A stretch of DNA of 64,000 nt from an uncultured delta proteobacterium (GTDB lineage: Bacteria > Desulfobacterota > Desulfuromonadia > Desulfuromonadales > JACZKF01). The position numbers and the translations under genes were made by a program. The stretch is from assembly GCA_963816395.1 (NCBI GenBank), contig CAWFKQ010000014.1, positions 44,311 to 108,310 of the forward strand, given 5' to 3'. This document shows, piece by piece, positions 20,973 through 29,932 of the stretch (position 1 is its first letter; each line of letters begins with the position of its first letter). The notes under the pieces were generated by a model that saw only the letters and a list, made by a program, of their open reading frames with translations, did not search any database and was not told the origin of the DNA.

Positions 20973-21137
20973 TCAGCTCTTTCTGCTCGTCTGCGCCGTG
21001 AACTGCGACACCCGCTGGTACACCTGCTCGCTGCCGCAGCCGGGACAGCGCAAGCCTCCCCGGTCCCGCTCGGTGATGCTCTGCACCTTGGTAAATTCCA
21101 TTCGGCACTTCTCGCAACGGTATTCGTACGTCGGCAT
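20973..21137 (-). CDS. FmdB family zinc-ribbon protein (54 aa)
   Basis: MPTYEYRCEKC...CPGCGS; GGAGG RBS; not in the ORF track. Confidence 0.88.
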   Translation of the reverse strand: MPTYEYRCEKCRMEFTKVQSITERDRGGLRCPGCGSEQVYQRVSQFTAQTSRKS

Positions 21138-21376
21138 ATTCCATCCTCCCCTGCGTCGGTAAATTTCTACCTAGTCTAATCGAGCCGAGACCGCTGGCAA
21201 GGGGAGGCCGCCCTGAGGGGGAGAAGAGAGAACGAGAAGGCGAAAAGAACGCTAGCGTCCGCGCAGGCGGATTGGCCCCTGTTTTGCAATTGCATCCCTG
21301 TCCCGGTTCGGGTAAAACACGGCGGGTGCTTTTCCGCACCCCGACGTGCGGGACCGTAGCTTCCTCTGGAGGATCA

Positions 21377-22705
21377 ATGCTCACCTTTGACGAACTGGAA
21401 AAAGGCTTTACCGAAGAGGAAGCTCTGGCCGAGGCGCGCCGCTGCCTGGGCTGCCGCGATCCGCAGTGCGTCCGCGGCTGCCCCATCGAGAACCGCATCC
21501 CCGAGTTCATCCTGGCCATCCGCGACGGCAACTATGCCGAGGCCATCAAGCTGATCAACGCCCGCAGCAACCTGGCGGTGATCTGCGCCCGGGTCTGCCC
21601 GCACTACGACCAGTGCGAGGGAAGCTGCATTCTCAGCCGCAAGGGGAAGGGGATCCGGATCAGCAAGCTCGAGCGTTTTCTCGCCGACAAGGAGATGGAG
21701 CTGACGCTGCGGGTCAAGGAGAAGATGGCGGTGATCGGCTCCGGCCCGGCCGGATTGACCGTCGCCGCCCTGCTCGCCAAGGAAGGGTATCGTGTCTCCG
21801 TCTTCGAGGCCCGCCCCGTCCCCGGCGGCGTCCTGCGCTACGGCATCCCCGAGTACCGTCTGCCGAAGGAGATGGTCGACAAGCAGATCGAGATCGTCCG
21901 CGCGCTCGGGGTGCGCTTCGAGACCGGCGTGGTGATCGGCGAAGACATCACCCTCGACCAGCTCTTCGCCATGGGGCACCAGGCGGTCTTCATCGGCACC
22001 GGCACCGGCCTGTCGCGCAAGCTCGGGGTGGCGGGGGAGGGACTGCCGGAAGTGCTGCAGGCGGTCTATTTCCTGGAGACGGTGGAACTGGTGCGCGAGG
22101 AGCGCCTGCCGATGGCCCACCTGCCGGTGCGCCAGGGGGACCGGGTGGTGGTGGTCGGCGCCGGCAACGTGGCGGTCGACGCCGCCCGCACCGCCCTGCG
22201 CCTCGGCTGCGGCGAGGTTTTGGTCCTCGATATCCTGCCGGCAGAGCAGCGCCGGGCCAATGACCGGGAATACGAAGAGGCGCTGAACGAGGGGGTGCAG
22301 TTCCGCTTCCAGACGACGGTGACCGCCATCCACGGCGAAGGAGCGGTGAGCGGGGTGACGCTGCAGGACTGCCACCCCCCGCAGGCGGCCGGGCGGGAAA
22401 GCGTCATTCTGCCGGTGGCCGGGAGCGAGCGCCTGCACCCCTGCGACAAGCTCATCATCGCCATCGGCCAGAAGCCCTTCGCCCGCATCGTTTCCACCAC
22501 CACCGGCCTGAAGACCAACGAGAAGGGGTACCTCATCACCAGCGAGGCGCCCTTCTACGGCATGACCACCCGCCGCGGCGTCTTTGCCGCCGGCGATGTG
22601 GTGCACGAGCCGCAGACGGTCATCCTCGCCATGCGCGAAGGGCGCAAGGTGGCGGAGGCGATCGACACCTATCTGCGCAGCTTACAATTGGAGAACCAAC
22701 CTTGA
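21377..22705 (+). CDS. GltD/SudA/NfnB-like NAD(P)-dependent Fe-S flavoprotein
   Basis: EARRCLGC..P.C..GCP, CARVCP...QCE, GSGPAG, YGIPEYRLP, GAGNVAVD, FAAGD. Confidence 0.9.
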   Translation: MLTFDELEKGFTEEEALAEARRCLGCRDPQCVRGCPIENRIPEFILAIRDGNYAEAIKLINARSNLAVICARVCPHYDQCEGSCILSRKGKGIRISKLERFLADKEMELTLRVKEKMAVIGSGPAGLTVAALLAKEGYRVSVFEARPVPGGVLRYGIPEYRLPKEMVDKQIEIVRALGVRFETGVVIGEDITLDQLFAMGHQAVFIGTGTGLSRKLGVAGEGLPEVLQAVYFLETVELVREERLPMAHLPVRQGDRVVVVGAGNVAVDAARTALRLGCGEVLVLDILPAEQRRANDREYEEALNEGVQFRFQTTVTAIHGEGAVSGVTLQDCHPPQAAGRESVILPVAGSERLHPCDKLIIAIGQKPFARIVSTTTGLKTNEKGYLITSEAPFYGMTTRRGVFAAGDVVHEPQTVILAMREGRKVAEAIDTYLRSLQLENQP

Positions 22706-22799
22706 CTGACTGACGGTTACCGGGCATGGAAGACTCCCGAAAAGAATTTTGAATGCTGAATTATAAATTGACCCTCGTTTTTCTCCCCGCCTGAGCGCT

Positions 22800-22830
22800 A
22801 AAAAAAACGGGCGACCCGAAGGCCGCCCGC
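22800..22830 (-). terminator. Intrinsic terminator of the RRM gene
   Basis: CGGGCG hairpin followed by a T-tract on the minus strand. Confidence 0.7.
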
Positions 22831-22851
22831 TGGGATCAGCGCCGGAAGAAA

Positions 22852-23124
22852 TCAGTAACGCGGCCGGCGGGATGGTTGCTTGTCGCGTTTTTCCGCCTGG
22901 TTCACCTTGATCGCCCGACCTTCCATCATCTGTTTGTTCAGGGCCTTGATCGCCGTATCCGCCTCGGAATTGTTCGGCATCTCGACGAAGCCGAAGCCCT
23001 TGGACTGGCCGGAGAACTTGTCCATGATCAGACTCGCCTCGGCGACTTCGCCGAAATCGGCGAACATTTTTTTCAGGTCCTCCGACTTCATGTTGTAAGG
23101 CAGATTGCCGACGTAGATATTCAT
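22852..23124 (-). CDS. RRM (RNP-1) RNA-binding protein
   Basis: MNIYVGNL, SKGFGFVEM. Confidence 0.92.
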   Translation of the reverse strand: MNIYVGNLPYNMKSEDLKKMFADFGEVAEASLIMDKFSGQSKGFGFVEMPNNSEADTAIKALNKQMMEGRAIKVNQAEKRDKQPSRRPRY

Positions 23125-23239
23125 ATTTGAGGCTCCTCTCGGGGTACGCTGTTCAAAAGCAGGCCAGGAAACGACCAGCGTACGAATCGTCTGCCGGCGA
23201 TGGGCCGATCCGCAAAGGATAACCGCTTTCGGGCGATTG

Positions 23240-24547
23240 TCAGCGGGAGCGGCGTTTTTCCGCGGAGCGGCGTTCATCCGCCGGCCGGCTGCCGGCCGAG
23301 CGGCGGCGGTATTCGACGACGACGGGCTTTTCACCGCTCCGGTACCCCCGGTTGCCGGTGGCCTTGCGGCGGAAGGCGCCGGGATCGGCGCCGGCGCGTG
23401 GCAGCAGGGGCTGTTTCGGCTCGAGACCGGGGATCGTTTCCCGCGGCAGGTCCTGCCCGATGTAGCGCTCGATCCGGCGCAGCCGCTCCGCCTCCTCGCG
23501 GCCGGCGAACGAGATCGCCTCGCCCGAGGCGCCGGCGCGGCCGGTGCGGCCGATGCGGTGCACGTAGTCCTCGGCGTTCATCGGCAGGTCGAAGTTGATG
23601 ACGTGGCTGATGCCGGTGACGTCCAGGCCGCGGGCGGCGACGTCGGTGGCGACGAGCAGCCGGATGCGGCCGCTGCGCAGGTCGCGCAGGGTGCGGTTGC
23701 GGGCGCCCTGGGTCATATCCCCGTGCAGGGCGGCGGCCCGGTGCCCCTGGCCGGCGAGGTCGCGGGCGAGATTGTCGGCCTCCCGCTTGGTCGCGGAGAA
23801 AACGATCGCCCGGGTCAGCTCGCTGTCGGCCGCAAGGTGCTGCAGGAGCCGTTTTTTATGCTCGAGCCCGTCGGCCACGTGCAGACGCTGCCGGATCTGC
23901 TCCAGCGTGACCCGCTCGCTGGCGATGTGCACGCGCACCGGATTTCGCAGCAGCCGGCCGGCCAGCTCGGCCATGGTGCGGTCGAGGGTGGCGGTGAACA
24001 GCAGGGTCTGGCGACTAGCCGGAGCGGCGGCGGTGACCTTCTCGATATCCGGCTTGAATCCCATGTCGAGCATGCGGTCGGCCTCATCGAGGATCAGAAC
24101 CTCCAGGTGGGAAAGATTGAGGCTGCCGCGCTCCAGATGATCGATTATCCGCCCGGGGGTGCCGACCACCAGCTCGATGGGGCGCGACAGGTCCTTGAAC
24201 TGGGGCGCGTAGGGCATGCCGCCGAGGATAACGGTGCTGCGCAGGCGCAGGAATTTGCCGTAGTTACGCACGGCCGCGGTGACCTGGGCGGCCAGCTCGC
24301 GGGTCGGCGTGAGCACCAGCACCCGCGGCGCCCCTTTGGGCGTCGAACACGGGGTCGCCAGACGCTGCAGGGCGGGCAGAACAAAGGCAGCGGTTTTGCC
24401 GGTGCCGGTCTGGGCCGAGGCCAGCACGTCGCGCCCGGCGAGGGCTTCGGGAATGGCCCGCTGCTGGACCGGTGTCGGCTCGGCATAGCCGCACTCGGAT
24501 AAGGCCTTGAGAAGGGGTTGAATGAGTTGCAGATCGGTAAAAGACAT
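23240..24547 (-). CDS. DEAD-box RNA helicase (RhlE-like)
   Basis: AQTGTGKT, PTRELA, DEAD, ARGLD, HRIGRTGR. Confidence 0.95.
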   Translation of the reverse strand: MSFTDLQLIQPLLKALSECGYAEPTPVQQRAIPEALAGRDVLASAQTGTGKTAAFVLPALQRLATPCSTPKGAPRVLVLTPTRELAAQVTAAVRNYGKFLRLRSTVILGGMPYAPQFKDLSRPIELVVGTPGRIIDHLERGSLNLSHLEVLILDEADRMLDMGFKPDIEKVTAAAPASRQTLLFTATLDRTMAELAGRLLRNPVRVHIASERVTLEQIRQRLHVADGLEHKKRLLQHLAADSELTRAIVFSATKREADNLARDLAGQGHRAAALHGDMTQGARNRTLRDLRSGRIRLLVATDVAARGLDVTGISHVINFDLPMNAEDYVHRIGRTGRAGASGEAISFAGREEAERLRRIERYIGQDLPRETIPGLEPKQPLLPRAGADPGAFRRKATGNRGYRSGEKPVVVEYRRRSAGSRPADERRSAEKRRSR

Positions 24548-25014
24548 GAGAATTCCTTCCCCTGCCGCAGGCGGCAGGCGATTCAGGTGGCGTGCGGGCC
24601 GTCGGGACATACGCATGTCCCGCAAAAAAACGGCCCCGGCACAAACGGGACTGGCACTGATCGTCGCCAACCGATGTGCTGCCGCTGGTTCAGGGAAGGG
24701 AAACCAATGCAGAGGGTCAGTGATCGATGAGAGGACACGGCAGGCGTGGGGAAAAGCTATCCTGCCGGCGCGTCGTTAACAGTCGGCGGGTATCTTACAC
24801 AGGATGGCTCGGAAAAGAAAGGGTTTATTTTAACTTTCCTGTTAAATAGCCCCGCCCCTGTTCACTCCGGCCCGCGCCCCCTGTCCGCCGAGGACGGTCT
24901 CGGGGCCGGTTTCGGCCCGACCGATCGATAACTGCCGCTGTTTGCCGTTCAATTGCAGGAGGGCGGCAGGAATGTGCGGACCAGGGTGAGGCCGGGGACC
25001 TCCCCTGACTCCCG

Positions 25015-25434
25015 CTATTCCCAGCCGATCACCTCGTAGCCTTTTTCCGCCAGGCAGCGATCGACGAAACTGCGGTAGGTCGGGCTTTTCTGGCGGGCAC
25101 TGGCGCCCCCGTGGAGCAGGCCGGAAGCGCCGCCGCCGGCCGCTCCGATCGCCGCCCCGCGCCCGAGATCACCGGTAACCGCGCCCACGGCCCCACCGAT
25201 GAGGGCACCGCCGGCGGCTCCCGCGGCGGTGCTGCCGGCAACCGTTCCGGCGGGATTCGAACGGACATAGGCGTCCGCGGCCGTCCGACAGTCGGCAACG
25301 TCCTGTTCGGCCCGCTGCTGCCCGACCGACTGGAGGTGTGCATTGGGATAAAGTACCGGCGCTGGCGCTGCGCACCCGGCTGCCAGGCTGACAAGGGCCA
25401 GCATCACCCCGGTGAATCCGACCTTGCGCATCAT
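25015..25434 (-). CDS. Glycine-zipper lipoprotein
   Basis: AAGC lipobox; GAAGGALIGGAVG repeats. Confidence 0.8.
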   Translation of the reverse strand: MMRKVGFTGVMLALVSLAAGCAAPAPVLYPNAHLQSVGQQRAEQDVADCRTAADAYVRSNPAGTVAGSTAAGAAGGALIGGAVGAVTGDLGRGAAIGAAGGGASGLLHGGASARQKSPTYRSFVDRCLAEKGYEVIGWE

Positions 25435-25587
25435 TTTCCTTCTCCTCAGCTGTCCGCGTCCTGTTCGCAAGATATACTTTTTTGCCGACGATGCAAATCG
25501 GTTCCCCAGTTCGAGGGACCCAAAGCGACCCGGCGGCGGGACAGCAAACGCCCGGATGCGGCGGGGTTGAATCCGGGGGATACCAAC

Positions 25588-26580
25588 TCAGTTCGCCGGT
25601 TGCGGACTCAGTATAGTCTCCCCGGGACTGCCGGGACTGCCCGGGGGAGCGGCCTCCACGGACGGTTCGGTTGGTTCCTCTGCCGGTTCGGGTTCGATGT
25701 CGCGCATCACCTGCTCGCTGATCCCCTCTTCCCTGTCCTCCATGGTCTCCTCCGCCGCATCCGGCGAGGGCTGGGGGAGCGGGGGCGCCAGGCCGAGCAG
25801 GACGGGCAGTTCCTCCAGGGCCTGGGCATATCGGGTCTGATCGAGGATTTGGCGTCCCCTCAGCAATCGCAGTATGCGCGCGGCGCGCCGCTGGACCTTC
25901 TGCGGCTTGAGCTTCGGGTTGTAGGCGACCCGGGGGCCGGGGAGGATGGCGGCGAGCAGGGCGCATTCGGCGGGGGTCATCTCCTCCGGCGTTTTGCCGA
26001 AGAAGTAGCGGGCGCCGTGCCCCACTCCGTAGACTTGGGATCCCAGCTCCACGACATTAAGGTAAAGCTCCAGAATCCGTCCCTTGCTCAGCGCCCGCTC
26101 CAGCCGGCGGGCGAGCAGGATCTCCCGCAGCTTGCGCCAGAGGGATTTCTCCCGCGAGAGGTAGACGTTCTTGGCCAGCTGCTGGGTGATGGTCGAGGCG
26201 CCTCGCGCCAGACGCTTCTGCTCCAGGTCGTATTCGAGCGCCTCGCGCAGGGCGGGGACATCGATCCCCTGGTGTTCGTAAAAGTTGGCGTCTTCGGCGA
26301 CGATGACCGCCCACTTCATCTCCGTCGGCATGACCCCCAGGGGGGTCCAGTCCCGGTTCCGCGGACCGAGGCGGAAGGGATGCTCCTTCCCCTGCCAGTC
26401 GCGCACCTCGATGGTCAGGGAGGTTCGGCGGTCTTTGAGGGGGTTGACGTCGGGGAGATCCCGGAACAGCAGGGCGACTGCGGCGGCCAGCAGAAGCAGC
26501 AGGGCTGCGGTGAGCGCCAGGAGCCGGCGTAGATACAGCCGGCGGCGGGTGGGGGAGAAGCGCGGACGAAGGTCAAACAT
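25588..26580 (-). CDS. Monofunctional peptidoglycan transglycosylase (GT51, MtgA-like)
   Basis: AEDANFYEHQGID, RGASTITQQLAKN, RKLRE, K.RILELYLN. Confidence 0.9.
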   Translation of the reverse strand: MFDLRPRFSPTRRRLYLRRLLALTAALLLLLAAAVALLFRDLPDVNPLKDRRTSLTIEVRDWQGKEHPFRLGPRNRDWTPLGVMPTEMKWAVIVAEDANFYEHQGIDVPALREALEYDLEQKRLARGASTITQQLAKNVYLSREKSLWRKLREILLARRLERALSKGRILELYLNVVELGSQVYGVGHGARYFFGKTPEEMTPAECALLAAILPGPRVAYNPKLKPQKVQRRAARILRLLRGRQILDQTRYAQALEELPVLLGLAPPLPQPSPDAAEETMEDREEGISEQVMRDIEPEPAEEPTEPSVEAAPPGSPGSPGETILSPQPAN

Positions 26581-26791
26581 GGTGATCGGGGGATAGTGCC
26601 TTCCTTGATGCCAAATGCCGTAAGATTAACATGAAAGTTAACGGCCCGTCGCGCTTTTGCTCTTCAGCCGCAGACCCCGCGCGGCTGGGACGGGAGCCGG
26701 GATTCCGTCGTCGAACAAAGGAGGGCCGGACGCAGCGAGGGGGGGATCAAAATTATCGGTAAATGATGAATTCTCCGTTGAATTTTCTTGT

Positions 26792-26819
26792 TTGACATCC
26801 TCCCGGACGGCGCTAGAGT
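26792..26819 (+). promoter_or_regulatory. sigma70-type promoter
   Basis: TTGACA-16 nt-TAGAGT with an AT-rich upstream region. Confidence 0.65.
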
Positions 26820-26826
26820 AATAACA

Positions 26827-26973
26827 AACGGTGACAGAAACGCCGACCAGGGAGAGCCGAGCGGACGACCCAGAGGTCGTCGGGCAGAGGTAAAGTTCCT
26901 GCCCAGTAAATGCTCGACGGTCCGGAAGAGCAACACCCTCCGGAAAGACCCGGCAGCGCTATCTGTCACCGTT
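26827..26973 (+). ncRNA. Unidentified multi-branched structured RNA candidate
   Basis: Perfect 12-bp closing stem plus nested stems and hairpins; starts about 8 nt after the -10 box; no credible CDS. Confidence 0.65.
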
Positions 26974-27008
26974 GATTTATTAGTGAGCAGCCTGCCGGCC
27001 GCACGCTC

Positions 27009-27386
27009 TCACAGGGTCTGCTGGCAGGATTCGACGGTGATCTCCAGCACCGCCCGGAGCCAGGGATGCGTTTTCTTCATCGTTTCCACCTCCGCCCCCT
27101 CCGTCAGCATCTTGGCGGTTCCGCTGAGCAGAAAGCCCGTTCCCTTGTAGCGCAATCCGGCAATCTCGCGGCTGCCGATGGTCAGCTTGACCCGGCTGCT
27201 GCGCTTGAGGTTGGCCTCCGTCGCCTGCATGCCGCCGACCGGCACCAGCAGCCTATCCTCGCCGCTGACCCCGACGTAGCTGTTCCAGGTATTGACCACG
27301 TGCGGCTCGGTCGGGCCCTGGGTGACAATGGCGACGATCCCGTCGGCAGGGTGGGACAGCACCTGCAATAGAGTGGCATTGAGCAT
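27009..27386 (-). CDS. FMN-binding protein (pyridoxamine 5'-phosphate oxidase-like)
   Basis: PHVVNTWNSY, GSRE...GTGF motifs. Confidence 0.85.
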   Translation of the reverse strand: MLNATLLQVLSHPADGIVAIVTQGPTEPHVVNTWNSYVGVSGEDRLLVPVGGMQATEANLKRSSRVKLTIGSREIAGLRYKGTGFLLSGTAKMLTEGAEVETMKKTHPWLRAVLEITVESCQQTL

Positions 27387-27444
27387 GGGTCTCCTCCTTT
27401 TTCAGGGTTAAGGAGGCAGCTTACCTGCATCCCGATTCCCTGCC

Positions 27445-27458
27445 TTGACTTCCGTCAA
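27445..27458. promoter_or_regulatory. Crp/Fnr-family (HcpR-type) binding palindrome
   Basis: TTGAC-TTCC-GTCAA, about 60 bp upstream of the FMN-binding protein start. Confidence 0.6.
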
Positions 27459-27588
27459 ATCCCCTTGGAAAAAGTCACCACCGGCACGCCCGCGGCAGCG
27501 GCAGTAGCGGCATGGGCGCGGAATAGGACTTGCCCCCAACCGCCCTCCCGTGTTAACAGTGCGGGACTTTTTTCTTCGGAGTTTCCGC

Positions 27589-29223
27589 ATGATCCACCTG
27601 AACGGCATCACCCGCCAGCATGGTTCCCAGATCCTTTTCCAGAGCGCCAGCTGCCAGATTCTCGCCGGCACCCGCAGCGGCCTGGTCGGCCCGAACGGCG
27701 CCGGTAAGACGACCATCTTCCGCCTGCTCACCGGCGAGGAGCAGCCCGATGCCGGGACGATCGTCTGCGCCAAGAAGACGGTGATCGGCTATTTCTCCCA
27801 GGACGTCGGCGAGATGGCCGGGCGCTCCGCCCTGGAGGAGGTGATGGCCGCCTCCGCCCGGACGATGGCACTGGGGGAGGAGATCCGGCGCCTGGAAGCC
27901 GCCATGGGCGAGCCGCTGGCGGAGGACGAGCTGACGGCGCTGCTGGAGCGCTACGGCGAGGCGCAGGAGGAGTTCGAGCATCGCGGCGGCTACGATCTTG
28001 AGGCCCGCGCGCAGGCGGTTCTCACCGGCCTCGGCATCGGTCCGGACGACTATCTGCGGCCGGTGGAGACCTTCAGCGGCGGCTGGAAGATGCGCATCGC
28101 CCTTGCCCGCATCCTCACCCTCAACCCCGACGTGCTCCTCCTCGACGAGCCGACCAACCACCTCGATGTGGAATCGATCGTCTGGCTGGAGGAATGGCTC
28201 GCCAGCGAGTTCAAGGGGGCTCTGCTGATGACCAGCCACGACCGGGATTTCCTCAACCGCCTGGTCGACCGCATCGTCGAGGTCGCCGGGGGGACCATCA
28301 CCACCTACGCCGGCAACTACGACTTCTACCTGCGCGAGCGGGAGATCCGCCGCGAGCAGCTCCTCGCCAGCCACCGCCGGCAGCAGGAGATGCTGGCGAA
28401 GGAAGAGGAGTTCATCGCCCGCTTCGCCGCCCGCGCCTCGCACGCCGCTCAGGTACAGTCGCGGGTCAAGAAGCTGGAGAAGATCGAGCGCATCGAAATT
28501 CCGGCCGAGCAGAAGACGATCCGCTTCGAATTTTCCGAGCCGCCGCGCAGCGGCGACGACGTGGTGAAAATCGCTGGCCTGGCCAAGCGCTGGCCGCTGC
28601 CGGAGGGGCGGGAGAAGTCGGTCTTCGGCGGTGTTTCGGGGCTGATCCGGCGCGGCGAGAAGATCGCGGTGGTCGGGGTCAATGGCGCCGGCAAGTCGAC
28701 CTTCCTCAAGGTCCTCGCCGGGCAGACCGAGCCGACGGACGGCGCGGCGACCTTGGGGGCGAACGTCCACCTCGGCTACTTCAGCCAGCACGCGATGGAT
28801 GTTCTCGACCCGCAGAAGACGGTCTTCGAGACGGTACAGAAGGCGATTCCGCAGGCCTCCATCGGCGTCGTGCGCAATCTCTGCGCCGCCTTCCTCTTCC
28901 AGGGGGATACGGTGGACAAGCGCATCGACAAGCTCTCCGGCGGCGAGAAGAGCCGGGTCGTGCTGGCCACCCTCCTCGCCCGCCCCGTCAACTTCCTCAT
29001 CCTCGACGAGCCGACCAATCACCTCGACATCCAGTCGCGCGAGATCCTGCTGGCGGCCCTGCAGAGCTTCACCGGCACCGTTGTCCTGGTCAGCCACGAC
29101 CGCCACTTCCTGCGCTCGCTGGTCGGCCGCGTGTTCGAGATCGATCACGGGGAGATGCGGGTGTACGAGGGGGATTACGGGTACTACCTGCACAAGAGCG
29201 GCAGGGACAGCCGGGCGGCCTAG
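27589..29223 (+). CDS. ABC-F family ATPase
   Basis: Two Walker A motifs (GPNGAGKT, GVNGAGKS), FSGGWKMR, LSGGEKSR, DEPTNHLD twice; no TM segments. Confidence 0.93.
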   Translation: MIHLNGITRQHGSQILFQSASCQILAGTRSGLVGPNGAGKTTIFRLLTGEEQPDAGTIVCAKKTVIGYFSQDVGEMAGRSALEEVMAASARTMALGEEIRRLEAAMGEPLAEDELTALLERYGEAQEEFEHRGGYDLEARAQAVLTGLGIGPDDYLRPVETFSGGWKMRIALARILTLNPDVLLLDEPTNHLDVESIVWLEEWLASEFKGALLMTSHDRDFLNRLVDRIVEVAGGTITTYAGNYDFYLREREIRREQLLASHRRQQEMLAKEEEFIARFAARASHAAQVQSRVKKLEKIERIEIPAEQKTIRFEFSEPPRSGDDVVKIAGLAKRWPLPEGREKSVFGGVSGLIRRGEKIAVVGVNGAGKSTFLKVLAGQTEPTDGAATLGANVHLGYFSQHAMDVLDPQKTVFETVQKAIPQASIGVVRNLCAAFLFQGDTVDKRIDKLSGGEKSRVVLATLLARPVNFLILDEPTNHLDIQSREILLAALQSFTGTVVLVSHDRHFLRSLVGRVFEIDHGEMRVYEGDYGYYLHKSGRDSRAA

Positions 29224-29536
29224 GCGTCAGGCGCAGAGGATGAAAATTGTCGGAGGCGAAAACCTCCGGCTCGGATCTTTTCGATAGAATCCCGTCTACT
29301 TATTTCGCAAAAGATTTCGTCAAGAGACCTTCCTACGGGAGGTGGCTCAGCGGCAGTCCGAAACCCCGTGCGAAGAACGATACGGTTGGAAAATGGCGGT
29401 TCTAATGCCTCCCCGAGGAGTGAATCGGGCTTCCTTTTGGTAGAGTGTAGATAAAAACGATCGAGAGCCACTCCTCAGAAGGAAAAATTCCGCCGGTGCT
29501 CCGGTTTTCCCCATCTCCCATGAAGAGGTGAAAACG

Positions 29537-29898
29537 ATGAAATCGAAAATATAGAGTTCATCGGCGAGAAGATATTCCTGGACGAACTGGAAACCACAGG
29601 GGAAGTGTGGGTGGCAAGAAGCATCTACAAAAACATCTACGCGATGGAGCTTGACGAGGCGGGGCTTTCCCTGCCGGTCTGGTCGAATCGGGAGCGGGTC
29701 CTGGAATTTCTGAAGAACGCCAGGCTGGTGGGTCCGCGCTATGAGCCGCAGGCGGTTTCCGTGGCCGTTTTCACCAACGCCTGGCTATCGAACCAGATGA
29801 TGGGCATTTCCGAGCTGCAGATCAACCCGGATGGCAAAACGACCAGGGTGCTCTGCCTGACCACCGAGGAATTCAGGTCCTCGCAAACCGTGCATTGA
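29537..29898 (+). CDS. DUF2750-like protein; frameshift in the first codons
   Basis: GAGG RBS then ATG; restoring one A gives MKIENIEFIGEK...; LPVWS motif. Confidence 0.6.
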
Positions 29899-29932
29899 GC
29901 GGGCGCCGGGGGAGAAGAAGCGATTTCTCCAA

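Noticed and set aside
24550..24790. Riboswitch in the long leader of the DEAD-box helicase gene
   Set aside because: No recognisable aptamer consensus or convincing nested structure by eye
26827..26973. Assignment of the structured RNA to the ykkC or yybP riboswitch classes, or to 6S RNA
   Set aside because: Only short word similarities, no co-oriented downstream gene, and the multibranch fold does not fit the 6S rod
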